This document shows positions 1 through 12,212 of a stretch of 64,000 bases of DNA, piece by piece (the first letter of the stretch is position 1; every line of letters starts with the position of its first letter). The notes beneath the pieces were generated by a model that ran no database searches, had not been told where the DNA came from, and saw only the letters and a program-made list of their open reading frames with translations. Source of the stretch: Camelus ferus (lineage: Eukaryota); assembly GCF_009834535.1 (NCBI RefSeq), contig NC_045696.1, positions 101,558,001 through 101,622,000 on the forward strand. The letters run 5' to 3'. The position numbers and the translations under genes are program-made.

Positions 1-538
1 CAGACTGAGAAACATATGGCACTTTCCAGTAACCAAAGCTCGCTGCTTGTAGGTGCTGAAAATCTATTTGGGGGCCTCCTAACAGCTTATAAGAGTAAGC
101 ATCGTATGTTTACTTTCAGGAGTTTCAGTATGAAGAAATCTTAGATTTGTTTAAAGCACAGAGGAAAAAGTATTACCTTTATTCATGGAATGCGGGGATC
201 TTACAGAGACTGGAGGGAATTCTTTTAATACATTTCTTTAGAAAGGGTTGGCAGCTCAGAAGGAACACTTTGTGGTGTTTTTAAATATTTAATATCCCAC
301 TGCTGTTTTCTAGCTTGAGAAAAACTCATGGTTCTTTACTGGGAAATATTTCAGAGCTTATCTCAACTTGTACGGAATTTTTAAAAATGTTTTAAGATTT
401 CTAAGTGTAAAGCTAGATGAAAAAAACAACAGCGTAGGGCAACAAGGTAATTCTTTGCAAAATTAAAAAAACTAAATATTAAAATTTCAGACTCACAAAT
501 CTTCCCAGTTAGATGACATGTTCTTGTTGTTGGGGGTT

Positions 539-720
539 TCATTCACTATCTTTTAATTAATACTTGTTGGCTGCCCATTGTACATGAATTATTTGAATAA
601 AAGGGTTTGGGTGAGTCAAGTGATCATGTGGCTTCTGTTCTTAACAGTGCATAATTTAGTAGATAGACACAGCTATTAGACAAAAGATATAGTAATGAGC
701 CTTACTGTCTAGGGGAGATG
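539..720 (-). mobile_element. Degenerate LINE-2 3' end fragment
   Basis: cattcac...aatacttgttggctgccc... resembles the antisense L2 3' tail; heavily diverged. Confidence 0.4.
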
Positions 721-1075
721 CAGTATTATAGCAGCATGGAAACAGCTAATTATAATAGGGTGATTGTAGATGCATATTTTTTAAATACTGTTGGAAAGTC
801 TCTCTTAATGGACTTACAGTAGATCCGGAACCACATATATTATTAAACTCATAAAGTTAAGTCACTAATCAAATAATGTGTATTTCCTAGAAGACAAAGA
901 ACATTATTTTTTATCCTTTATATGTGTATGTACCTATTAAATTATTTATAATGTAACCCCCATCTACTGTTAGAGAGGGTTGTCAAGACAACTGGTGATA
1001 AAAGGTACGATATAAGGAAATTTCTAAGTTATAACGCATTTTTTAAAGTTAAATATTCAGTTCCCTAATTGAATA

Positions 1076-1223
1076 ATGGCAGTGGTTAGTAGTAGGGGTC
1101 CCACAGCCAGAGTATCTGGGCTTCCATCCTTCATCCACTATTAAACAGCCATATCAAATAGGCCTTTGGCAACTTAATTAAAAGCACCATGGATTAAATT
1201 CCTGACCTTTGAAGTAGAAATGT
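1076..1223 (+). mobile_element. MIR SINE, 5' part (3' part at ~2243-2353)
   Basis: ggcagtggttag...agccagagtatctgggc...cttggcaacttaattaa resembles the MIR head/core. Confidence 0.55.
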
Positions 1224-1225
1224 AC

Positions 1226-1292
1226 CATACTTTATCTAAGATGCCTTTGATTATGACATACCATTATTTTATGTACTACTAGAAAAGAAAAA
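1226..1292. mobile_element. Tc2-type DNA transposon terminal fragment (Kanga/MER104-like)
   Basis: TA then ccatactttatctaagatgcc...ccattattttatgtactact matches the recalled Kanga-type terminus. Confidence 0.45.
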
Positions 1293-1379
1293 TCACCCAA
1301 AGGAGGGAGTTAAAAAGAAGACACTGTATAAAGTGGATATACCAAAGGGCTATGACTTCAACATGAGGAAAATGAGAAA

Positions 1380-1625
1380 AAGTCTTGACACACAGAAAAG
1401 GGAACCAGAAAACTTGCACACCTCCACTTTGGCACAGAGTGAAAAGAAAGGAAAAAATACATCCCCTAAAATATGAACAAGAAGCCAGTAATCATGCCAT
1501 TCAGCTGGCCTAATTCACACTATGGTCTGACAAATCTCAAAAGAGAATTTATTTGCAAGTAACTTTAGGTTGCTCATACTCCAGGTGACTGGCAGAAGGA
1601 AACACAAATTGTCTCTGGAAGGATT
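1380..1625 (+). mobile_element. Ancient L1 (L1M-type) 5' region fragment
   Basis: ccaggtgactggcagaaggaaacacaaattgtctctggaagga motif typical of old L1 5' regions. Confidence 0.45.
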
Positions 1626-1710
1626 TGATGGAAATCCAAGCTGAAGACATTTCAAGGGAACACTGATTATAACACCAATTTCAGAGATGCTATAATGAAG
1701 AAAAAAATAA

Positions 1711-2212
1711 TGCGCAGCACATTAATTGCAAATATGGCCCTGATTCTTTTCTTCCCTGAATCCATGTGCTTTGCATCATGACTTCACAGGTCCTCCCATC
1801 TAGAGGTCTATTTCCCCAACGGTCTCTGCATGCCTCATGACCTGTCTTGGCCAATACTACATGACAGACAAAATGGTGTGCCAATTGCAAACCTAAGCTC
1901 AAGAGGCCTTGCACATTTCCAGTTGGTACTTGAACTCTGCCATTTCCAGGAAAATAAACCCACACTAACCTGCTAACAAGCCGAGGGATCATATAGAATA
2001 GAGACAGTTCTTCCTAATCAAGGTTTTGCTAGATCACCCAGCCCCCAACCAACCCATCAGCTGACCGCAGATGCATGAGCAAGTTTATATGAGATCAGCT
2101 GAGCCCACCCAGATCAACAAAACCACTCTATAGGCTTGTGAGCAAGAATAGTTGTTATTTGAGGCCATTAGATTTTGGGAAATTTTCTTATACAGCAATA
2201 GCTAACTGAACA
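1711..2212 (+). mobile_element. Solo ERVL-MaLR LTR, MLT1G/H-like
   Basis: TG...CA ends; ttggccaat...aagaggccttgca, gctgaccgcagatgcatgagc and terminal tatacagcaatagctaactgaaca. Confidence 0.85.
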
Positions 2213-2242
2213 AGATATATCTTTAAAAAAATCAAAGAAACA

Positions 2243-2353
2243 CAGCACTATTACTTACCTTAGGGGGCTATGGTAAGGAATTAATTGATTTAACACCTCT
2301 AAGGCACTTAGAATAATGCTTCATACATGGTAAATCTTAAAAAATGCTAACTA
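2243..2353 (+). mobile_element. MIR SINE, 3' part
   Basis: ttacctt...aaggcacttagaataatgcttcatacatggtaaat...aaatgctaacta matches the MIR 3' region. Confidence 0.6.
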
Positions 2354-2589
2354 AATTCTTTATTGAGGTATTACCATGTTCAACTGAGACTGTTGTCTCC
2401 AACTTCACTCATAAATAAAATAGGAGTTCTGATCTGAGGAATGACTGTGAAGATCAAATGCAAGTAGACAAATGTTATGACTGTAAGATACTAAATGAAA
2501 TGTGATTACAACTGTAATTACACAAGTAGCTAAAATATAATCATGTATATGTACCCAAAAGGTATAAACATGTAAGTGGAATACAAAAA

Positions 2590-3110
2590 AGCAAATAATG
2601 AATTCTGCCTGGGAAACTCAGGGATGGCTTTATAGAGAAGGAAGCATTTGAAATGAACACAAAAGAATAGGCAGGATTTGGTAAGGTAAAAAGTAACTCT
2701 AAAGAAGAGAGTGGAAGGCACTCTATGTTAAAGACACTGCATGTTCAAAGATTTAAAGATACGAAAGTATTTGTTATACAGCCATCTTGCCTAACTGTCT
2801 GATGTGATAAAAGTAGAAAGTATAAGATGAAAAATGGTCCTGTAATGATGCCAGCAAGATAGGTTGAAAACCTAGTCATGTATCTGTCCAAGCCAAAAAT
2901 GGCTTTCTTCTTTAAGCAATATAGACATCACCAGAAGTTCCTAAGAAGGCAGTAATATGACACAATCTGTTTTAGAAATATAATTCTGGTAGCAATGCAG
3001 AGGAAAGACTGCAGGGAGGGAAGTAAACACAATCATCTGGGTGAAAAATGAATACGGTCTGCCTTAAGGTCTGTTGAAATTAAAGAACTAGAGACGTGTT
3101 TGAAAAACTC
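2590..3110 (-). mobile_element. LINE-2 fragment
   Basis: ggctttatagagaaggaagcatttgaa...; tgttttagaaatataattctggtagcaatgcagagg are antisense L2 motifs. Confidence 0.65.
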
Positions 3111-3124
3111 AATGAAAGACAATG

Positions 3125-3290
3125 AAAGTTCTTAAATACCTTACTCTGTAGCAAGTCCAGAGCTAATTGTTCTCACGTAAATTATTGAATGTAATTCCTC
3201 TGAATTTTGAAGCCTGGACAGGCCACTGTCCATGGAAACACAGCTGGTGATCAAAATTTAAGTCTGCCTGCCTCCAAAGCCCACAACTGT
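3125..3290 (-). mobile_element. MIR fragment
   Basis: acagctggtg...aagtctgcctgcctccaaagccca is the antisense MIR head. Confidence 0.55.
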
Positions 3291-3649
3291 TTATTCTTAT
3301 GCCTTGCTTACCAATTTACAGAACAAGAAAGATAGAAGCCAAATATACTAAAGCCCTAATGTATTTGTTACAATTATTTACTGAGTTGACTTCTAGATAC
3401 CAATGAAACCCTTATGAAGTATAAATAATTTAACTTTGAATTAATTCCCTGAATTATCATAGAGATGAGTTTTTAAGAATGGGTAACAGTCAAGTAAGAC
3501 TTCATTGGGTAAAGTTAAAAGAAAAATCACTTGTCAGGTAGGATCTCTCTATAAAGCCACAGTGGGGATTCCCAAATAGTCCAAAAGTTTTATGAGCAGG
3601 CTAAGGTCAGAGGAGGAAAAGTTCTGAAAGGAAAATGTTGGTAGTGAAT

Positions 3650-4075
3650 ATAAGGTGTCTAGATGTCAGATTATAGAATAATTCTTGAGGAACGCTCAGC
3701 CCCAAAAGGAGGCAGTATGCAAAAAAAATCTTCCAAATATGTGAAAAGATGCCTTCCATTCAATGGGCTGAACTCTTAGTGAGTTACTGCAGAATTTGGA
3801 ACTAGGAGTAATGGGTAGGAATTAAAGGAGACACAGTTTTTGACTTACTATAAGAAAAATTTTTCTATTATCTAGAGCCATTTGATTAGGAAATGGGTTT
3901 ATTTGTGAGGTTATGATCCCCACCTCTGAAAGTATTCAAGTATTGTTCATTCAAAAATACTTAACTGAGCAACTAAAATTTGCCAAGCTCCAGGCTAGGC
4001 ATTCAGAAACAACTATGAACAAGACTGTCAATTAGAAACGATTATAGAAAGAGATTCTGCATTGTTTATGTTAGA
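3650..4075 (+). mobile_element. L3/CR1 LINE 3' fragment, interrupted by an antisense L2 tail (~3945-4029)
   Basis: tataagaaaaatttttcta...agagcc...aatggg...gaggttatga...ctgaaagtattcaag resembles the CR1/L3 3' end; ttcattcaaaaatacttaactgagca is an L2 tail. Confidence 0.55.
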
Positions 4076-4081
4076 ATAGAC

Positions 4082-4293
4082 CCTTATATAATGCTTATCA
4101 TATTCCAAGTGCTGTTTGAAATTCTTAACAAATATTAATTTACTTAATACTCAAAACAACTTATAAATAGGGAAACTGAGGCAAAAAGAGGCAGTTTGTT
4201 CAAGAGAACACAGGTAGTAAGTGTTGGCCCTGAGATTCAAATTCAGATGGTCTGGCTCCTGGGTCTGTGCTCTTGGCCACTATAACTGCTGCC
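4082..4293 (-). mobile_element. MIR SINE
   Basis: ggaaactgaggcaaaaagagg...gattcaaattcagatggtctggctcc...tgctcttggccactataactgctgcct. Confidence 0.8.
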
Positions 4294-4989
4294 TTTACTG
4301 GCCCCACTGGATGGAGTTGGACCACGGGACTGATAAGTTACTTCCATCTCCTCACTCCCAGAATGCCCTGAGTGCATCTACAGAGTGAGTGGTAGAGGAC
4401 ACTGAAGTTTTTTTTTGTTTGTTTGTTTGTTTTTTTTTTTTGCCAAATTCAGTATGTTCCTGGTGACTAGACTTGATTAGGTTTTGTTGTTGTTTTCTTT
4501 TTTCTTTCAAATGTGAGCATACACCCCCAAAAAACACACATGCATACCACTATTCCAGAATGTTTTTGTTTGTTTGTTTTAGTCATCAGCCCTCAGACGT
4601 AAGAAAGTCTGTGTATCTAAGGGAGAGAAAGTTTGGAAATCAATTTTGTTATACAGAATTTATTTTTAAAAATCCATACAAACTTAATCCATATAAAATT
4701 ATTTCTTTCAGGCATGAGATGCGGAGAATGAGAATAGAGGAAGAAAGGGGATTACATTTTAGAATTCTGTACTATTTGCTTTTTTATGAACATTCTTTGT
4801 TTAAAACTTATGGGAGACTTGTGTAAGTAAAAGTTTATTATAAAACAATAATAAGAATGTCTCTCCTCTTTGCTTATCTAGAAATGAAAGCAAGAATTTG
4901 GAATTGTGAACAAAATTCATAAGACTGCCTCTAATTCCCATAATTAGAAAATGTTGAAGCTAACAGCATGAAAATTGCCTGTCATGTAA

Positions 4990-5760
4990 CCGCCTTATTC
5001 TACAGATGAGGAAACTGAGGCTGAGAAATTTTATGAAACTTGGATAGGGTCAGAAAGTAAACTGGTTAAGTTGAAATGCACATAGAAGTCATTAAAACTA
5101 TAAAGCACTGTACAAATACAAGTTTCAACATGACTGGTGCCAGAGCCAGGACTAGAACTAAGCTCTTCTCATTGGCAGGTCAGGGTTTCTGTTACTTTCT
5201 CACAATATGTGTTCAGAGTTGCCTGCCACTGTGACTCACTTAGCTACTAGCATCAGGGGACACAGAACTCTGGGGAAACAAATTTAATATTTCTGAGTCT
5301 CACTTTCCACATATGTAAAACGAGAATAATAACAGTACCTGCATCCTACTGTTGCTCTGAAGATTAAACGAGCAAAATCGTGTAAAGCACGTAGCCTGGA
5401 ACATAGTGCACCCGTAAGTGTTATTAATATTTGTTATTACTATTATTGTTATTAGTCACCAAATCACTAGCCTCAGCTAGTTTCCCACAGCAAAATTACC
5501 ATTCCTTCTCAAAGTAATTCTATTTGTTAAAGTATCCGGATGATGGAGTTTAAAATGAGATCTGAGCACAGATGCCAGCACTGCCAATTACTAACTGAGG
5601 GATCTTGAGCAAACTGTCTAAATTTGTAACATTCACTTTTCTAGGTGAAAAATGTAGTGATACTATATAGTGGAATTGTGAGGTTTAAGGGAGAAGGCAG
5701 GGAAAACACTATACCCCTGGCATTTATTAAAACTTCCAGTAAATTACAACAGTTATAATT
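4990..5760. mobile_element. Cluster of MIR fragments (minus ~4990-5190; plus ~5210-5452 and ~5540-5760)
   Basis: acagatgaggaaactgaggct core; tctgagtctcactttccacatatgtaaaacgagaataataacagtacct; tgtaaagcacgtagcctgg. Confidence 0.7.
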
Positions 5761-5968
5761 ATTTATTAAATTATATTAATGTATGTCCTGAAGGCTCTGT
5801 GATGCATGCAAACAGTATAATGTAGAAAAAGAGCCCAGAAATCAGCAAGATGATTGTACGTGGGCAATAGGTTTGCTTAATTCGATTTCCCTAGGTATGC
5901 TTTCTCTTCAGCTCTTTGACTACAGCCACCTGTGTTTAAGTGTAAACTCAGGGAAAAAAGAAAGTAGT

Positions 5969-6120
5969 GGGGAGGGTATATCTCAAATGGTAGAGCACTT
6001 GCCTAGCATACATTGAGGTCCTGGGTTCAATTCCCCAGTACCTCCTCTTTAAAAAAAAAAAAAGTAAGTAAAACTAATTACCTCCCCACCAAAACCAAAA
6101 ACCCTAAATTAAAAAGAAAG
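5969..6120 (+). mobile_element. tRNA-Ala-derived camelid SINE (Vic-1 type)
   Basis: ggggagggtata-A box-tagcat-ggttcaattcc B box-agtacctcc, then A-rich tail with aactaattacctcccc; second copy at 51650. Confidence 0.85.
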
Positions 6121-6623
6121 AAAATAAGCTAAAGAGAAAAATCAAGAATTCAATGCCCCTCCCCTGTAGATCCACCCATGGGATCCAGCCTGTTCGCTGG
6201 TCAATTCCACCTAGAGGAGGAAATGAAAAATGACCAAGTATCTCTTGTCTACCATTTTGTGTAAGATAAAAGGGTGAGAACATTGGATTTGGACCTTAAG
6301 GAGAGTCCCTGGGGCAACCCAGGATAGCTCTTTAGAAAGGAATCATCGAAAGGATGAGGGACATAGCGGAAGCCCCACTATGGAGCCAAATGGGGTACAT
6401 GAGAGCCTGCTGGGGGGATGAAGAAAGAACCTGTGAAGCACTGGGGTGGTGATGACTGGAGACAGGTGGACTCTGCTGTCTTCCTGATATGCATGATCAA
6501 GGATGCCACTACCCCTTTAAAGAGATAGATAAGACTGAGTGGACAGAGAAAGCTAAAATACGAAAATAGAAAAGCAAGGGATCAAGAGAAGAATTTCAGT
6601 TCAACACTGCATTTCACTTGGAT

Positions 6624-6815
6624 CAATGGTTCTCAAAGTGTGGTCTACAGACCCACAATACCAACCTACCTGGGAACTGGATAGAAATGTAAATTCTTAG
6701 CCCTTCTCCAGGTTATTGGATCAGAAACTCTGGGGTTAGTTAGTTGGCTGGGGAGGGCAACAACCTGCGTTTGAACAAGCCTTCCAGGTGGTTCTCTTGC
6801 ACGCAAATTTTAGAG
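6624..6815 (+). mobile_element. MER5A hAT-Charlie MITE
   Basis: caatggttctcaaagtgtggtc...cctgggaact...agaaatg...atcagaaactctgggg...aacaagccttccaggtg. Confidence 0.85.
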
Positions 6816-9800
6816 GAAAGTTAGCATCCTTCTCACTTTTTATTTGAACTGACAATGTATTTTTCTTTTTTATGCCCCAATCTGAACCAAAAAGATAAGG
6901 GAGAAGGGTTCAAAGGCTGGATGACTGGGACAGACCTATTTGAATAATCTGCAAATCTGAAATTTACTAAAATTAAAAATAAAAGTGAAGGTTAACAATT
7001 GTTTAATCACAGACAAACATTTTCATGCCATGCATGACTTTCACAAAAGAATAGACATATTAGTCCAATGGAATAAATAATAAGATCAGAACAATACAGA
7101 ACAGTCTTTGTTAAGTGGAGAGGAAATGGCACTTGATGGGTTGCACAATGAACTGGGAACGAGATGTCCTAGATAGAACCTTCCCTATCACCATAGCTCC
7201 TGCCAGACCATTTCCGCCCACATCACTGAAGGACATTATTTGCTAAAGCCTAGTTGATCCTATGCAAACAGGACAATGCTGTATAAAGTCTGCTGAGGTT
7301 TTGTCACAGCCCTGATTCCAGCAGAAGACTAACATTATCAGAAAAATCCTGTTGTGGAAGTACATAAAAGAACTAGCAAATAAAAGACTGAAAATTGATA
7401 TTCGTCTTTTGAAAGAAAAGATGTACCCTATTGGAAGGGCACTGGAGTTAAGTTTTCTGCACATCTTGCCTCTCTCATTTCCCACCTGACAAGTCTTATA
7501 TTGTACGTTTTAGTCGTATGAAGCTTGTCTTCATTCACCTTAACTAGCAGCATGTTCTTTCAGCTGTTTCAGTGCTAAGAAGATCTACTTTAAATGTATC
7601 CATTGAAAAATGGGCATTTTTAACTTATTTCACTAATGAGTGAGCATGTGAATTTTCGTATAGTTACTAAAACCTTTGGTAAGGTGTTAATGAGAAATAC
7701 CATCATTGGTACCAAAAATTTCAAACCAGGCTGAACTTTACCGTGCATCCCATAAAACCCCATGGGATCATCTGATTCAAAGAGATCTGAAGACAGAGTC
7801 ATACTGTTGCATTCTGATATTATAAGATATATTGCCTCTCGTTCACTTTTGTGATACTTTAAAAAATTAGTCTATAAAATTTTCATGGCAGCTTCAAAGC
7901 ATTAAAGTGTAGGTAATGGAATGAAATGGCTTGAAATGAAAAGAGTTATTGAGATTATGCCGGTCACACAACTGAAATTAGAGCAAAGAACTAAGCATCA
8001 AAGAAAAATGTTTGGGAAATACTTTTTAAAAGTGACTATAACCATCTCTTCAAGAGGATGTATAATGGCAGTGAGTGGCTGTTCTATTATACATCAAACA
8101 GTCCTGGTCTGCAAGTCCATGAGTAGTTAGGAGAGGGTACAGGATTTTTTCTCAGGGCAGGGATAAGAAATCTTTGCAGGACTCTCTCTGTGTATCAGTG
8201 GCATGTTCACCTCTTAGTCAAGAACCAGGTTCCAGGTTACCTGGTATAGAAGTTCCCACTGTCTCTAGGGTGAGCTGCCACAAAGAGCCCACAGGTAGAA
8301 AGCTTGCAGCTAAGGGAGTTGCCTGGCCAGTGCTGGGACTGGGGCAGATCTGGTGTTCAGTGGAAGAGGAATAAAAAGGCTGTGCAGGAGGAGTCTGGAG
8401 AGGAAACAGAGAACAGAGGGAAGCCATCTGGCTACCAACAGTGCTAGAATAGAAAAGAGTTCAGTTGCTTTGCTTGTCAACTCTCTCGACCCCCTGCCTG
8501 AATGGTCACCACAGGAACCACAGCATCAAATGAAAGTGGTTTATTTGATAGGAAGTCGAATCAGCAAACACCAGAGCCACCAAGGTCTGTGTAGCTCCCA
8601 GATCCTACAGAAAGCCTGTGTGTCGCATGTGGGGTGACTCCGGGGCAGCAAGTACCCATTTTGAAAGGGAATAGGAGGGGGAGGCAGGTGAAAGGTCATG
8701 ATCCATTAGCACGGAAGCATCTTCTAGACTCTTTCATTTTTCTCAAACACAGTTTCCTTTGATGACAGGAAGACACTCTACTATAGATTTTTTCAGAGAA
8801 AAAACTTTGCCCTCTCAGAAGCCTTTGTTTTAAAGATTCACTCCAGATGTTTAAAGCAAGAAGGACAGCAAGGATGCACACGACTTTGAGTGTCCAATGT
8901 GCCGTCTCTGGTAAATTTACTTTGCTAAGTGAATTAACTTCTTTTGCTCAGTCTCTTGGCGATGAAAATAGGAGCAATAATATTGCAAATCTCTTTAAGC
9001 AACAGACTACATATTCAACTGTCTTAGCCATCCCCAGTAGAAGTGATTCCGGCAGCTCAAAGCCACAAGTTTTCCTAACGAACCTCGCCACCTCTCCCAA
9101 ACCTGCTGTCCCCTCTCAACAGCTGGTGCTACCACATCTACCAGTCCTCCAAGCCGGAAGATAAAGTCTTCCTGGGTTTCCTGTGCTATTTCTCTCAACT
9201 ACTCCTTCCTCATTACTTACCTGGGTTAATGCAACCACAGTCACTATTGCTGACTGGCTGCCTTCATTCCAAGCTTGCATTTTCCATTCCCTCTGCCCAG
9301 AGGGACAATTTCATCTTTTTATCCTCATTGGACAGAAGGACTGGAAAGGGATGGAGAGAGAGGCAGGTGGAGGTGATTAGATATTGGAGGCATGGAATAA
9401 AAATAATTAGAGTTGGTGTGGGAATTTGCTCTGTCAGTTTAAACTTACTCTTTCTAACGAATACCTCAAAAAGAATGTCATTAGAAGCCAGTAAAAACAA
9501 AACAAAGCAAACAAACCAAAACTTTCTTCATTCTTTCCAAAATATCTAACAATTTATCTGTTAGGAATTATCAAAGAGAACAGAGGAGTCATTCTTTTTT
9601 GTTGATTTTTTAAGGCCAGATACATTGCTGGTTGTGCATAAATTTTCTCTCTTACAGTCGCATGCCAGAACATAGAATACTTTCAAAACAACAAAAGCAC
9701 TTTCTGTTTTGCAGAGGTGGTGAAGTGCAGGCTTGCTCTCTGCATTTTGTACCCAGCCGGCAGACACAGTGATCTCATAAACAAGTATGTGACAATTCTG

Positions 9801-10069
9801 CTGTGCATGCACTTGTCTCTGTAACTAAGTTATGAACTCACCACAACTACCTGTTTCTGCACAGATGCTCAGCTCTCACACTGGAAGCGCTAGAAATGTT
9901 CTCAGAACCTGCACCTTGGAATAAGCACAAAGGACAAACAAGGACCTGATTTGACCTAATTCTCCAAAAGGAGAATGACTAACAATAGGTGGTTTGTCAG
10001 TTTGGCAAGGAATGAGTGGATCCTGTATGAGTGAGTGTCTGAAATATTGCAGACCTGGTTCCTAAAGTA

Positions 10070-10240
10070 GAATCATAAAACTTTGGAGCTGGAAAAGATA
10101 TCAGAAAAGCAACCTCTCAGCTGGAGTAGGAGAGCAGACTGACACTCAAAAAGCTGAAGTGGCTTGCATTTGGCAAGTGAAATTGGCACTCAGCTACAGA
10201 GAGAAGCAGAGCCGATCCTGAAACTCTGGTCTCCTGATGT
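10070..10240 (-). mobile_element. MIR3/MIR-like fragment
   Basis: agaatcataaaactttggagctggaaaaga...gaagtggcttgc...ggtctcctga. Confidence 0.45.
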
Positions 10241-11444
10241 ACAGACAGGACAGCAGCCATTTGCTTAGTTCCCAAGTAGCAAACAGCGAGAAGTCAGCTC
10301 ATCTAAGTCCCAGTAGGTGTTGAGTCATCTTGGCTTTCCCAAATGTGAGCCACTCTGGGGAGATTCCAAGCACGTGAGTGAAAACACACAGAGGATGGAG
10401 CCCCAGGTGTGTCCTGCCTCTAGTGAAATCCTGTGCCAGAGTGAGAGGCAGAAACTCCTCAGTTCACCAGTCCAAAACAGCAGGAGGAACATGCAACTAA
10501 CACTTCTAAAGTTCTATCGGTACTTTGAAGAAATAATGCAGCCTGTCCCCTGGAGGTGCTTAGATGCTCCTGCTTCACACGTCAGAAGTTCTCTGAGCCA
10601 CAGGTTATTGATATGGAGTTACTCCTTCACGGAGTCATTTGCAACTCATTCAACAAGTGTTTGTTGAGCCAGACATCATGATATATACCGAAGCAAATCT
10701 GATACATGTAGTCTTTGCCTTCACAGGACTTTCCCTGAGGCAAAACTTCTTATGATTTGCCTGCCCTGCCCTCCAAGCTCTACTCAAGCAGTAAAAAAAA
10801 AAATGCACTGATGATAACAAAAACTAGTTACATACATGAAAAGACTGGGATAACTAGCAAGTTACTATTTTCTGTAAAATTCTTAATTACACCAAAGCAT
10901 GTGAAAATAAATCCCCCCCCAAAAAAAGACAGATTTTCTTAATCACTAGGATATAGAAATTTTGAAAGAAAATTAAGTTAAAAGAGAACAAGTGCTTTTA
11001 TGTCAGAGCACACAGCATATTTAGTACAGGCTAAAGAGAAACTGAAGTAAAATACAAAATCGCAGGTTTCTCCTCTTCTCTAAATCCGAGCTTTAGTTTG
11101 CAAATGACCCAGCTATAGAGTTTCACATTTTTTGCACATTTCATGTTTTACATGAATGAAATAGACAATCTAGTTCTCTGAACTTTATTTCTTAACATTT
11201 ACTTTCTCAAACCCCTGAAACCTGGTTACCTTTTCATCGATCCACTGATGCAGTAAAGTGGCCAAATCCCAAGGTCCCCACTCAGCCCTTAAAAGCCTCA
11301 TGGTTGTTGCTAAGTGTGGCATTCCTGAATGCACTGTTAGTCCTAAAACCACTTTCTCCCTCTGAGCATTTTCTCTTGTTAGCAGCTTGTGTTCAGTCCA
11401 GATCATCTACTCTAGAATCCTCTCTCTTCTTACAGTCACTTTTT

Positions 11445-12212
11445 AAAATTTATTTTTTATTGAATTATAGTAGATGTACAATATTATATAAGTTACAGTT
11501 GTACAATACAGTGATTCACAATTTTTAAAAGTTATACTCCATTTATAGTTTTTTAAAAAAATATTGGCTATATTCCCCATGTTGTACAATATATCTGGGT
11601 AGCTCATTTTATACTAATAGTCTGTACCTCTCACTCCCTCACTCCACTGGTACCACTAGTTTGTTCTCTGTATCTGTGTGTCTGCTTCTTTCTGTTACAT
11701 TCACTAGTTTGTTATATTTTTTAGGTTCCACATATAGGCGATATCATACAGGATTTGTCATTCTGTCTGATTTATTTCACTTAGCATAATGCCCTCCAGG
11801 TCCAACCACGTTGCCACAAATGGCAAAATTTAATTCTTTTTTATGGTTGAGTAGTATTCCATTGCGCGCACGCGCGCGCGCGCGTGTGTGTGTGTGTGTG
11901 TACCGCATCTTCTTTATCCACTCATCTGTTGATGGACACAAGTTGCTTCCATAGCTTGGCAATTGCAAATAATGCTCCTATGAACATTGGGGTACATGTA
12001 TATTTTCAAATTCAAGTTTTTTTTTTTCAGATATTACATAGGAGTGGAATTGCTGCATCATATGGTAGTTCTATTTTTAGTTTTTTGCGAAACCTCCATA
12101 CTGTTTTCCATGGTGGTTGCACCAATTTACATTCCCACCAACAGTGTATGAGGGTTCCCTTTTCTCTACATCCTCACTAACCTTTATTCTTTGTGCTCTT
12201 TTTGATGACAGC
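11445..12212 (-). mobile_element. LINE-1 3' segment (ORF2 C-terminus plus 3'UTR), cetartiodactyl type
   Basis: Antisense L1 3' motifs (ttatttcacttagcataatgccctccagg, tgaacattggggtacatg, ccaatttacattcccaccaacagtg); T-rich tail at left. Confidence 0.92.
11863..11903. repeat. Compound (CG)n(TG)n microsatellite inside the L1
   Basis: tgcgcgcacgcgcgcgcgcgcgtgtgtgtgtgtgtgtgtac. Confidence 0.95.

Noticed and set aside
5969..6045. tRNA-Ala(AGC) gene (also 51650-51725)
   Set aside because: Stems are degenerate, both copies share a non-tRNA tail and poly(A), and there is no Pol III T-run terminator; these are SINE heads
8170..8640. Possible ancient LTR (also 6140-6520)
   Set aside because: GC-richer texture only; no termini or family motif I can support
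9658..9784. Plus-strand exon candidate (ACQNIEYFQNNKSTFCFAEVV...)
   Set aside because: Good acceptor but modest donor (CAA|GTATGT), unrecognised peptide, no supporting neighbours
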